A stretch of 64,000 nt of DNA from Candidatus Uhrbacteria bacterium (GCA_943354605.1 CALRCK010000003.1:85609-149608), one strand, 5' to 3'; positions 17,508 through 25,837 are shown, counted from the stretch's first letter. Notes: generated by a model from the sequence alone, not told the origin. Numbers and translations: made by a program.

Positions 17508-17550
17508 TGTTCGTTTTCTGTTCGGCTATGATACGAACATAACACGAATG
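17508..17550 (+). promoter_or_regulatory. lexA promoter with putative LexA boxes
   Basis: TGTTCG-N5-TGTTCG (17508-17524), -10 TATGAT (17527-17532), then CGAACA-N5-CGAATG (17534-17550). Confidence 0.7.
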
Positions 17551-18183
17551 CCTATGTCCATTCTTCCACCGCTTACCAAGAAACAACGCGAAGTCCTCGA
17601 CTGTATTGAAGGCTTTGTAAAGGACAACGGCTACACACCATCGTATCGTGAAATCGCAGAGCAGCTCGGCCTTTCGTCCCCGGCCACCATCCACCAGCAC
17701 ATCAAAACACTGTGTGAAAAAGGCATCATCAACACCGGCGACCGTGGCGAAGCGCGAAGCATCGAGCTTGTGGAGCCAGAGCGCATGTCCCCTCTCGCTA
17801 TTATGCTCCCACTTGCGGGGCTCATCACTGCCGGCGAACCCATCGAAGCCGTAGAACAGAACGAAGCTATGGCGATTCCTGCAGACTTCGTGATGGACCC
17901 TATGAACTCCTACGTGCTCAAAGTAAAAGGACGGTCAATGATCGAAGACGGCATCTTCGACGGCGACTACGTGGTGGTTGAACGGAATCCCTCACCAAAG
18001 AACGGAGACATCGTGGTCGCGCTCCTAGACAATGCCTACGCCACACTCAAACGATTTTATCGTGAACGCGATCACATCCGCCTCCAGCCCGCGAACAGCA
18101 CCATGCAACCCATCATCGTCAAAGGAGACTTAAACATCCAAGGAATTGTCCGGGCCGTGATGCGACGTTTCTCTACAATCTAA
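17548..18183 (+). CDS. lexA: LexA repressor
   Basis: LTKKQ...PSYREIA wHTH; AG cleavage site; GRSM Ser and TLK Lys catalytic residues. Confidence 0.97.
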   Translation: MPMSILPPLTKKQREVLDCIEGFVKDNGYTPSYREIAEQLGLSSPATIHQHIKTLCEKGIINTGDRGEARSIELVEPERMSPLAIMLPLAGLITAGEPIEAVEQNEAMAIPADFVMDPMNSYVLKVKGRSMIEDGIFDGDYVVVERNPSPKNGDIVVALLDNAYATLKRFYRERDHIRLQPANSTMQPIIVKGDLNIQGIVRAVMRRFSTI

Positions 18184-18201
18184 ATCTTCATCGAGAAATC
18201 T

Positions 18202-18363
18202 ATGAACTCCATCGCCGTTCGTCACTACAATGTGACGGTTGCTTATTGCACCTCGCCATTCAATACCAAGCGCCACGAAGTCGCGAAACAGATTCGTCAG
18301 TTCCTCAATCTTCGCCGCTTCCGCAAGCATATTCGCTCCTTCGCACCACTCCGCCTTGCATAA
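18202..18363 (+). CDS. Small basic protein (53 aa) in the lexA-dinB operon
   Basis: Manual translation MNSIAVRHYNVTVAYCTSPFNTKRHEVAKQIRQFLNLRRFRKHIRSFAPLRLA; fills the gap and stops 5 nt before the next ATG. Confidence 0.5.
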   Translation: MNSIAVRHYNVTVAYCTSPFNTKRHEVAKQIRQFLNLRRFRKHIRSFAPLRLA

Positions 18364-18368
18364 CCTCT

Positions 18369-18620
18369 ATGCCCGTTCATGAACTCCTCAACGAACCTGT
18401 AGATGTCCGTGTCGAGTTTACAGGAAAGCGCGTTCACCCAACACACGTGCACTGGGGAAAGAAGACGTACGTTATGAAAAACGTAAACCTCGTGCACAGC
18501 ACAAATGAAGGCGAAAAACGTATCTACTACTTCTCCGTATCCGACGACACATCATTCATGAAACTGCGTTTAGACACTGGGGCCTTAGAATGGAGAATCG
18601 TCGAGTTCTACAGTGAATAG
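18369..18620 (+). CDS. Small beta-rich SOS-cassette protein (83 aa)
   Basis: MPVHELLNEPVDV...P..V.WG...YYFSV...LRLDT..LEW; resembles small proteins found beside dinB/imu cassettes. Confidence 0.7.
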   Translation: MPVHELLNEPVDVRVEFTGKRVHPTHVHWGKKTYVMKNVNLVHSTNEGEKRIYYFSVSDDTSFMKLRLDTGALEWRIVEFYSE

Positions 18621-18660
18621 TTCTCACTACTGCCTACTTACTACTTACTACTGCCTATTT

Positions 18661-18831
18661 ATGAACACCCGTCGGAGGACCGGAAATCGTTTCACTTTTT
18701 CCCTCAGTGAAATTCTCTCGTCACACATCCAAAAAGCCCGCAAGCATCGCAGTGCCCTCAAACCGCGCACTCAAGCACGACGGTTCGAGAATAATCTTCG
18801 ATTGCCTTTAGCGCTGCTGAATAAGAACTAG
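18661..18831 (+). CDS. Small basic protein (56 aa)
   Basis: MNTRRRTGNRFTFSLSEILSSH...LRLPLALLNKN, co-oriented within the operon. Confidence 0.45.
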   Translation: MNTRRRTGNRFTFSLSEILSSHIQKARKHRSALKPRTQARRFENNLRLPLALLNKN

Positions 18832-18878
18832 AGGTTTTAGGTTATAGGGGTTAGGTTTTAGTATTAAACGACTCACCT

Positions 18879-19262
18879 GTGAAAATTCTAAGTTATCGAG
18901 ACCTCATTGTCTGGCAAAAAGCCATGATTGCCGCAACGGAAACGTACAAGCTCACTACAGAGATGCCCCTAGAGGAACGGTACGGCCTCACATCGCAGAT
19001 GAGACGATCAGCCGTTTCAATTCCTTCGAATATCGCAGAAGGAAGCAAACGCTCATCAAAAAAAGATTATAAAAACTTTTTACGAATCGCTTTTGGATCT
19101 ACAGCGGAACTCGAGACGCAAATAGAACTTGGAGTTCGACTTACGTATTTTTCAAGATCGAATACCAATATCGTTAGCAATCTTCTTTCTGAAATCTCTA
19201 AAATGCTTCAATCAATTATCGCGAGGCTCGAATATCAATCTCCCGTCCCTTCTATAACCTAA
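18879..19262 (+). CDS. Four-helix-bundle protein (23S rRNA intervening-sequence protein family)
   Basis: SYRDLIVWQKA...E.YGLTSQMRRSAVSIPSNIAEG...GS.AELETQ; flanked by a 16-bp inverted repeat. Confidence 0.92.
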   Translation: MKILSYRDLIVWQKAMIAATETYKLTTEMPLEERYGLTSQMRRSAVSIPSNIAEGSKRSSKKDYKNFLRIAFGSTAELETQIELGVRLTYFSRSNTNIVSNLLSEISKMLQSIIARLEYQSPVPSIT

Positions 19263-19284
19263 AACCTATCCCCTAAAGCCTCGA

Positions 19285-20559
19285 ATGCCTCGCCTCATTC
19301 TGCACATTGATTTCAATTCCTTCTTTGCGTCCGTTGAGGCGCAGGCAAACCCCTTCCTTCGCGGGAAAGCGTTTGCGGTTGCCGGAAAAGGTAAAGGACG
19401 AATCGATCGCGAGGCAGGGGCAATCCAAGGCAAACGTACATCCATCAGCGAGCTCTCTCATTCACGATCGGTCGTGACCACCGCATCGCGCGAAGCCAAG
19501 AAACTCGGCGTGAAAACTGCGATAACGACGCACGAAGCGCAGCGCATCATTCCAAATCTTCCCATTATTCCCGGCGATCCTCGCAAATACGCGGAGGTCA
19601 CTCATCGATTCCTCAAGATTCTCCGCGAACACTGCGATGCCGTTGAACAGTTCAGTGTAGACGAAGCGTTTGCCGACATTACTACGGTTGCCGGCGACAA
19701 GTTCGGTGCGATCATGTTTGCACAAATTCTCCGATCGAAAATTCTCGACACCATCGGCGAAGCGTGCACAGCCTCGATCGGTATCGGTCCAAATAAAGTT
19801 GTCGCCAAACTTGCGAGTGAGCTCGTAAAACCCAACGGGATCACGTTCGTCGATCCGTCCGAAGTTGAATCTTTTGTCGCGGCTCGGAGCCTCCGCGATA
19901 TCTGCGGCATTGGACCTCGGCTCGGGAAACGGCTCACGAGTCTTGGCGTCACCACCATCCTCCACCTTCGCCAAACGCCAATGGATCGCCTCATCGCCGA
20001 ATTCGGCCCGCACACTGCAGAATTTCTTTGGAATGTTTCACGCGGAATTGGCGATGACGCCGTTATCGATTCCGCAACCGACGATCCAAAATCCGTCGGC
20101 CATTCCTACACGTTTCCCCACGGACTTGAAACCGATCAAGAAGTTCACGACAACCTTCTTGCACTTGCCGACATGGTTACGCAACGCTTACGAAATCAAA
20201 ACCTCTTTGCAACCCACGTGAACGTTTTTGCGCGATACGAAGACGGTGGAGGAAGCGGCACAAACGCCCAATTACCCGAAGCAACGAACGACGGTCTCAC
20301 GCTCTTCGAGCACGGATTCCGGTCCCTCCTACCCATCATCGATATCGATCGCGGCATCCGCCGCCTCGGTATCAATGCGACACAATTCGCGAATAAAATT
20401 CCCTCCCTCATTCCCGAACACAACGAACGCCACGATCGCTGCCTCACCGCCCTCGACCTCATCGCCAAACGCTTCGGCACCGGCGCCTGGCACAGAGCAA
20501 GCACGCTGAATACGGTTTTCTTAGAGCGAGTAAGTGGCTGGCATTACGATCATGAATGA
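19285..20559 (+). CDS. dinB: Y-family DNA polymerase IV
   Basis: HIDFNSFFASVE, SREAK, SVDEAF, AKLASEL.KPNG, GIG. Confidence 0.95.
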   Translation: MPRLILHIDFNSFFASVEAQANPFLRGKAFAVAGKGKGRIDREAGAIQGKRTSISELSHSRSVVTTASREAKKLGVKTAITTHEAQRIIPNLPIIPGDPRKYAEVTHRFLKILREHCDAVEQFSVDEAFADITTVAGDKFGAIMFAQILRSKILDTIGEACTASIGIGPNKVVAKLASELVKPNGITFVDPSEVESFVAARSLRDICGIGPRLGKRLTSLGVTTILHLRQTPMDRLIAEFGPHTAEFLWNVSRGIGDDAVIDSATDDPKSVGHSYTFPHGLETDQEVHDNLLALADMVTQRLRNQNLFATHVNVFARYEDGGGSGTNAQLPEATNDGLTLFEHGFRSLLPIIDIDRGIRRLGINATQFANKIPSLIPEHNERHDRCLTALDLIAKRFGTGAWHRASTLNTVFLERVSGWHYDHE

Positions 20560-21011
20560 GGAAAAAATGCAGCAAATCTCCCCATAAGCTCCGCTTTCTC
20601 AAGAACATGACCAGATATCGCATCGAGGCATTCGGCCTTCGTTGATCCCTCGGGGAGATCGAGAAGCGTGTCAATTGCGTACAGCGTAAAGAAATATCGA
20701 TGCTCTTTATCTGGAGGTCGAGGACCGCCATATTCTAACTCGCCCCTCGTTCCTTTTCCTCGAACCCCTTCCACAATCCAACGTTCCGGAATACTCGTGA
20801 TGCTTGGTGGAATATTAAAAACTACCCAGTGATCCCACACCGGCACTCCAGCAGCCTCCGGAACATCTGGGTCGTCCATGGTTAATACCAACGATACTGT
20901 CCCTTCAGGAATATTTTCGATATGCAGGGGCGGATTCGCATTTTCAAAATCTCGACCATATTTTTTCGGGATCAATTCCCCATTTTGAAAAGCCGAACTG
21001 ATAATATTCAT
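20550..21011 (-). CDS. YbhB/YbcL (PEBP) family protein
   Basis: DDPD, HWVVFNIP, YGGPRPP..HRYFF.LYA. Confidence 0.93.
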   Translation of the reverse strand: MNIISSAFQNGELIPKKYGRDFENANPPLHIENIPEGTVSLVLTMDDPDVPEAAGVPVWDHWVVFNIPPSITSIPERWIVEGVRGKGTRGELEYGGPRPPDKEHRYFFTLYAIDTLLDLPEGSTKAECLDAISGHVLEKAELMGRFAAFFPHS

Positions 21012-21029
21012 ATACTTCTATTGTAAACC

Positions 21030-21053
21030 AAAATCGCCCATTGCTGGACGATT
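21030..21053 (-). terminator. Intrinsic terminator after the tRNA-like gene
   Basis: Minus strand AATCGTCCA-GCAA-TGGGCGATT followed by TTGGTTT. Confidence 0.55.
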
Positions 21054-21073
21054 ATCGGTGTCGGATCGATGGG

Positions 21074-21150
21074 TGGTGGACTGGACGAGATTCGAACTCG
21101 CAACTCTAAGATGACGATCCAAGTATGTTACCAATTAACACCACCAGCCC
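21074..21150 (-). tRNA. tRNA-like RNA with Ala identity (G3.U70, A73) and non-canonical anticodon arm; anticodon undetermined
   Basis: GGGCTGG/CCAGTCC acceptor stem + ACCA; D arm GTGTT-AATTGGT-AACAT; T arm GCGAG-TTCGAAT-CTCGT; anticodon arm CTTGGATCGTCATCTTAG pairs imperfectly. Confidence 0.85.
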
Positions 21151-21169
21151 AGAACAACCCGACATTTTT

Positions 21170-21195
21170 ATTATAGCACGAACAAAAGACGAACA
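21170..21195 (-). promoter_or_regulatory. Extended -10 promoter overlapped by a putative LexA box
   Basis: Minus strand TGTTCG-TCTTT-TGTTCG-TGCTATAAT; same layout as the lexA promoter. Confidence 0.7.
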
Positions 21196-21198
21196 AAG

Positions 21199-21267
21199 AA
21201 AAATACCCCGCCGAAGCTGGGTACTTTTCCGTCATCTTAGAGAATGTTCTTTCGAACACACCTGGAT
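21199..21267 (-). ncRNA. Predicted ~70-nt sRNA antisense to the anticodon arm of the tRNA-like RNA
   Basis: Promoter TTGACC-17-TTTAAT (21302-21274); 5' GAAA-tetraloop hairpin; CTCTAAGATGACG (21230-21242) is complementary to 21104-21116; terminator hairpin with U tract at 21199-21228. Confidence 0.55.
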
Positions 21268-21313
21268 ATAGGTATTAAAGCACAAAACACGAGGGCGGTC
21301 AAAACTATCCCCA

Positions 21314-22573
21314 TCAAATCTCCTCTTCAATCTCCAGCAACCGATTGTACTTACAGAGACGTTCCGATCGTGATGGCGCGCCGGACTTGATGAATTCGGC
21401 GTTTACAGCAACGGCAATGTCGGCGATGGAGGTATCTGTGGTTTCGCCGGAGCGGTGAGAGATGATTACCTTGTAGCCGTTTTCTTTTGCGAGCGCGATC
21501 GTCTCCATCGTCTCCGATAATGTTCCGATCTGGTTTGGTTTGATGAGAATCGCATTTGCAACACCAGAATCGATTCCGCGATGCAAGCGGCGAGCATCAG
21601 TGACGAAGAGATCGTCGCCGATGAGCAGCATCTTTTTTCCAAGACGCTTTGTCATCTCTTCCCAATCGTCCCACGCGTCTTCGGCAAGACCGTCCTCGAT
21701 GCTGATCATCGGATATTTCTTGCTCCATGAATCGTACAGGTCGATCATCTGCTTTGCGGTGCACTTTCGCTTGTCCGTAGACAGCTCGTACTTCTTTGTC
21801 TTCTCATTGAAGAATTCGCTTGCGGCGACGTCGATGCCGAATCCAATCTCCCTTCCGAGCTTGTACTTCGCTTTCTTCACTGCCTGCACAAGATATTCAA
21901 GCGCAGATTCTGTTCGGCCAACATCCGGCGCATAACCACCTTCATTCCCAACATCCGTATCAAGCCCGTCGGCGTGGAGCACGTCGCCGAGCATATGAAA
22001 AATTTCACTGCCGGCCTGAAGTTTGCGTGAGAACGTGGAGAAGCCGTGCGGGATGATAATGAATTCCTGCATGTCTAGATTTGTATCCGCGTGCCGTCCG
22101 CCATTGAACACGTTCAAGAGCGGCGTTGGAAGTTTGAATTTGGATAGTCCAATGTCATACGTTTCGCGCAGATATGCATACAATGGCATTCGTGCGCGAC
22201 GAGCCCCAGCATGGGCAACCGCAAGCGAAACACCGAGAATCGCATTTGCGCCGAGACGTTTCTTATTGTCCGTTCCGTCGATAATGCACATCGATTCATC
22301 GATCCCCCGCTGGTCCGCAACATCGCGTCGACGCAACGACGGGCCAATGATGTCGTTCACATTCCGCACCGCCTTTCGCACACCAAGACCGCGATAGCGC
22401 TTCTTATCGCCATCACGAAGTTCGACGGCTTCATGCACACCGGTCGATGCGCCGCTCGGCACTGCCGCATGTCCACGCGTGCCGTCGCGAAGCATCACCG
22501 ACACATGAACCGTCGGGTTGCCACGCGAATCTAAAATTTCGTGCGCATGAATCGCATCAATGCGTTCGAGCAT
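21314..22573 (-). CDS. eno: Enolase
   Basis: DSRGNPTV, PSGASTG, GDDLFVT, SHRSGET. Confidence 0.98.
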   Translation of the reverse strand: MLERIDAIHAHEILDSRGNPTVHVSVMLRDGTRGHAAVPSGASTGVHEAVELRDGDKKRYRGLGVRKAVRNVNDIIGPSLRRRDVADQRGIDESMCIIDGTDNKKRLGANAILGVSLAVAHAGARRARMPLYAYLRETYDIGLSKFKLPTPLLNVFNGGRHADTNLDMQEFIIIPHGFSTFSRKLQAGSEIFHMLGDVLHADGLDTDVGNEGGYAPDVGRTESALEYLVQAVKKAKYKLGREIGFGIDVAASEFFNEKTKKYELSTDKRKCTAKQMIDLYDSWSKKYPMISIEDGLAEDAWDDWEEMTKRLGKKMLLIGDDLFVTDARRLHRGIDSGVANAILIKPNQIGTLSETMETIALAKENGYKVIISHRSGETTDTSIADIAVAVNAEFIKSGAPSRSERLCKYNRLLEIEEEI

Positions 22574-22578
22574 AGTGT

Positions 22579-23373
22579 CTATTGAACGAACGAATAGGTC
22601 ACGGTTACCGTCAATTCAACATCTTGCGTTCCTGTTTGGATTGGTGGAGCGACAGTGTCTGCCGATTTTGTTGATTCGCTCAGCATGCCGTAATAGATTG
22701 GCACTGAACCGCCAGTGCTTTCGCTATAACTCACCACACGGCCGACACGGCCGCCCATGGCTTTTGCGATATTTGCCGCATCGGTCTGTACCTTTGCCAT
22801 GGCGTCAACACGCGCCTCCTGATTCACCACCGATGTATCGTCAATGTCGTAACGCAAATCCGAAACGTTCGTTGCGCCATTCTTTGGCCCAGCGTCAAGA
22901 ATCGAAGACACAAGATCAGCATTACGAATTTTCACCGTCAACGATTCCGACGATTCATAGCCGGTTAACACCGCAGGGCTCACGTCGTAGTCGTACACTG
23001 GAGACAGAGAGAACGACGATGTCTTTAAATCTGCAGCAGGAATGCCCAGGGCGAGAATCGCATCTTGCAACGTTTTCATCTTCTTCGACACATCGCTCTG
23101 CGCTGTTGTGCCGCTTGCGTTTGTTTCGCTCACCGTCATGTCCACGGTTGCAATATCCGGCACTGCACTCGCCTTTCCCGTTGCACTCACCACAATCGTT
23201 GGAGCGGAAAGATCACTCACTCCCACATGCGAATATTCGCGCATGGTCTTTTTAATCTCTGCACCAACCCACACCGTGCTGTACACGATGAGAATCGCGA
23301 GAAGCACCGTAAACAACTTGTTCTCGTGCCATGAAGGCCAAAAACTCGACCCGTCTTTTTCCCAAGAAGCCAT
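22579..23373 (-). CDS. SIMPL (DUF541) domain protein
   Basis: N-terminal TM; VSATGK...PDIA, P.YDY, G.Q.V...VTVTY. Confidence 0.85.
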   Translation of the reverse strand: MASWEKDGSSFWPSWHENKLFTVLLAILIVYSTVWVGAEIKKTMREYSHVGVSDLSAPTIVVSATGKASAVPDIATVDMTVSETNASGTTAQSDVSKKMKTLQDAILALGIPAADLKTSSFSLSPVYDYDVSPAVLTGYESSESLTVKIRNADLVSSILDAGPKNGATNVSDLRYDIDDTSVVNQEARVDAMAKVQTDAANIAKAMGGRVGRVVSYSESTGGSVPIYYGMLSESTKSADTVAPPIQTGTQDVELTVTVTYSFVQ

Positions 23374-23444
23374 AAAAAGAGTGTTAATTACAAAAAGTAT
23401 AGCACGACGACACGCGCCCAACGCCAAACGTCACGTTTACATCT

Positions 23445-24590
23445 CTATTTCCCAAGTACCTCGAGTCCAGGCATCGCTTCTCCGCCTAAGAACGCAAGCA
23501 TTGCGCCGCCGCCAGTGGAAACGTGGGTGAAGGAATCGGTAAGGTCGAATTCCTCAAGGCATTCAACGGTCTCACCGCCGCCAACAATACTCGTCGCCTT
23601 CGTGTTCTTTGCAATCGCTTTTGCGATTGCAAGCGTTCCCACAAAACCGTCTTCACGTTTTGGAATGCCCATTGGTCCGTTCCATACAATATGCTTCGCC
23701 CTTGCAATCGCGCCGCAAAATGCCTCGATTGTAGAAGGGCCGACGTCAGGAACAAGGTTTTTTGCGACAACGAGATCGCATGGAAGATAGATCTTCTTCC
23801 CAAACTTCTTCGCGATTGCCTTTGCGCTTGCGATATCTTTTGCGCTCGTAAACTCTGGAACATCCACCGGAAGCGATCCAACATCCGCCTTCAGCATGGT
23901 GAGCGCCGTTGCACCACCTATAAGAATTGCATCGGCATGCGCACCGAGATGTTTCATGAGTGGAATTTTTGTTGCAATTTTCATGCCGCCAAGAATCAAC
24001 ACAAACGGATGTTTCGGTGTCGTCGACAACGCGCGCACTTCGCGAACAACCAACTCGCCAGCAAAGCTTGGCAAATACGATGTTATTGCAACCATCGACG
24101 CGTGTTTACGATGACACACACTGAATGCGTTGTTCACATACACGTCGCCAAGTTCGGCAAGGCGCTTTGCAAAATCGGCGCTATTCTTTTCCTCGCCCTT
24201 ATCAAATCGGAGATTCTCCAACATGACGATTGACCCTGGCGCCATACGATCGATAACGCGCGCAGCCTCATCGCCAACCGTGTGCGGAATGAAACGCACT
24301 GGATGGTCGATAGCACGAGCCAGTGCTCGAGCAACCGGAGCAAGCGAAAGTGATTTTACTGATTTTCCCTTTGGGTCACCAAGGTGTGCAATAAGAACAA
24401 TTCGTGCGCCACGGGATCGGAGCCGAGTAATTTCCGGAAGGATCGACTTCAAACGATGCCTGCCGTGAATTGAAACGCGGCCATCATTCATGGGAACATT
24501 CGCATCAATGCGCAACAACACCCGACTATCACGAGGAATGTCGCGTGCTGTCCACGATGCAATATTCTTAAGGAGTTTCATTTTTGCCAT
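23445..24590 (-). CDS. pgk: Phosphoglycerate kinase
   Basis: RIDANVP, HLGDP, LENLRF, WNGPMG, HVSTGGGA. Confidence 0.97.
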   Translation of the reverse strand: MAKMKLLKNIASWTARDIPRDSRVLLRIDANVPMNDGRVSIHGRHRLKSILPEITRLRSRGARIVLIAHLGDPKGKSVKSLSLAPVARALARAIDHPVRFIPHTVGDEAARVIDRMAPGSIVMLENLRFDKGEEKNSADFAKRLAELGDVYVNNAFSVCHRKHASMVAITSYLPSFAGELVVREVRALSTTPKHPFVLILGGMKIATKIPLMKHLGAHADAILIGGATALTMLKADVGSLPVDVPEFTSAKDIASAKAIAKKFGKKIYLPCDLVVAKNLVPDVGPSTIEAFCGAIARAKHIVWNGPMGIPKREDGFVGTLAIAKAIAKNTKATSIVGGGETVECLEEFDLTDSFTHVSTGGGAMLAFLGGEAMPGLEVLGK

Positions 24591-25821
24591 AGACCGCGAC
24601 GCCCTTCACCACGCGAATGAACGCACTTCGCCACGGAAGAACGGAAAAGAAATATCGTGCGTCGACGAATCGTCGAAGGATGTATGCAGTATACCCCCAA
24701 ATTGGAACACCGAGCGCTCTGCCGACGGCATACTTTCCTCCAAGCGCAATGAGAATATCCCATGACGCACGTTGTCGGTACGGCAACACTGGACGCTTCG
24801 TCACCATCGCGACAATATTCCTTGCCACGACAATGGACTGCTCAACCGCAACTTGTGCCGTCTGCGGATCAGGATATTTTCCCTCCTTCACGTATGCAGC
24901 ATCGCCGAGCACAAAAATGTCTCGATATTCAAGCGTCCGCAACGCATCGTCCACCAATATTCTCCCCTTTGGGTGCCGCTCGAATGGAAGCGACGCAACA
25001 ATCTCCGGCATTTTTACTCCAAGCGCAGTGACACAATACTCACACGACACGGTTTCAATTTTTTCAGCGGGAACGCCTTTCACGATTCGTTTTAATCCAA
25101 CAGAATGCTCAGCGACGTTCGCAAGCGCCGTATTCATTCGCAACACAACACCAAGATCACGAAGGCGAGCTTGCGTTTTCTTTCGGAGAAATGGTGAGAG
25201 CATCTTCAGCGGTTCGTTTCCGGAATCGATGAGCATCACTTCCACAGATCGAGCGCTCAGCGCGCCGCGTTTTTCCAGCGCACGAATCGTTGACGCGCAT
25301 TCTGCGGCAAACTCTGTTCCGTTCGCACCAGCACCAGCGATCACGATTCTTCGTTGTTTCGCCGAAGTGTCCTGCATGATGTTTGAAAGCTCCGTTCGGA
25401 TCATGAGTGCATCGCTCGTTCGCTTCAAATCCGTTGCGAATTGCTTGGCGCCAGGAATACCGAAATCATGTGACACACTTCCCACGGCAAGAACACAAAT
25501 ATCGTACGGAATTGCCGATCCGTCCGCACAGACAACGTTTCGCATTACAGGATCAATCGACTGCATTGCGCACCTTCGAAACCGGATCCCTGAGAACCGA
25601 TCAAGCATGATGTCTGTTGCACGGACAAGATCGCCCCGAAGGGAATCGTCGAGGATTCCACCAGAGGCAACTTCATACAACCACGGCGTGTACACGGATG
25701 CGGACGATGGATCAACAATCGTCACCGCGATGCGATTCGAAACCGACGACCGCACCAATCGACGCGCGACGCTAAAGCCACCAAAACCACCGCCAACAAT
25801 CACGATTCGAGTCTGTGTCAT
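24568..25821 (-). CDS. Type II NADH dehydrogenase-like FAD-dependent oxidoreductase
   Basis: GGGFGG, FGIPGA, GAGANGTE, LGD, PQTAQVA. Confidence 0.85.
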   Translation of the reverse strand: MTQTRIVIVGGGFGGFSVARRLVRSSVSNRIAVTIVDPSSASVYTPWLYEVASGGILDDSLRGDLVRATDIMLDRFSGIRFRRCAMQSIDPVMRNVVCADGSAIPYDICVLAVGSVSHDFGIPGAKQFATDLKRTSDALMIRTELSNIMQDTSAKQRRIVIAGAGANGTEFAAECASTIRALEKRGALSARSVEVMLIDSGNEPLKMLSPFLRKKTQARLRDLGVVLRMNTALANVAEHSVGLKRIVKGVPAEKIETVSCEYCVTALGVKMPEIVASLPFERHPKGRILVDDALRTLEYRDIFVLGDAAYVKEGKYPDPQTAQVAVEQSIVVARNIVAMVTKRPVLPYRQRASWDILIALGGKYAVGRALGVPIWGYTAYILRRFVDARYFFSVLPWRSAFIRVVKGVAVYGKNETP

Positions 25822-25837
25822 ACGTGATTCGATTTCA

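Noticed and set aside
18879-19262. Diversity-generating retroelement (four-helix bundle resembles Avd)
   Set aside because: No reverse transcriptase and no TR/VR pair with adenine-specific mismatches was seen in the window.
21074-21150. tmRNA, or a prophage attachment-site remnant
   Set aside because: It is a closed 77-nt cloverleaf with no tag reading frame or pseudoknot region. No integrase or duplicated 3' end was seen.
21104-21242. Invertible DNA segment bounded by the 13-bp inverted repeat
   Set aside because: No recombinase is nearby, and the promoter/terminator context favours RNA-RNA pairing. Read mapping for both orientations would settle it.
21245-21258. TGTTC-N4-GAACA as a palindromic LexA box
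   Set aside because: It does not match the direct-repeat layout at lexA and is better explained as the GAAA-tetraloop hairpin of the predicted sRNA. Not fully excluded; if bound, the sRNA would also be SOS-controlled.
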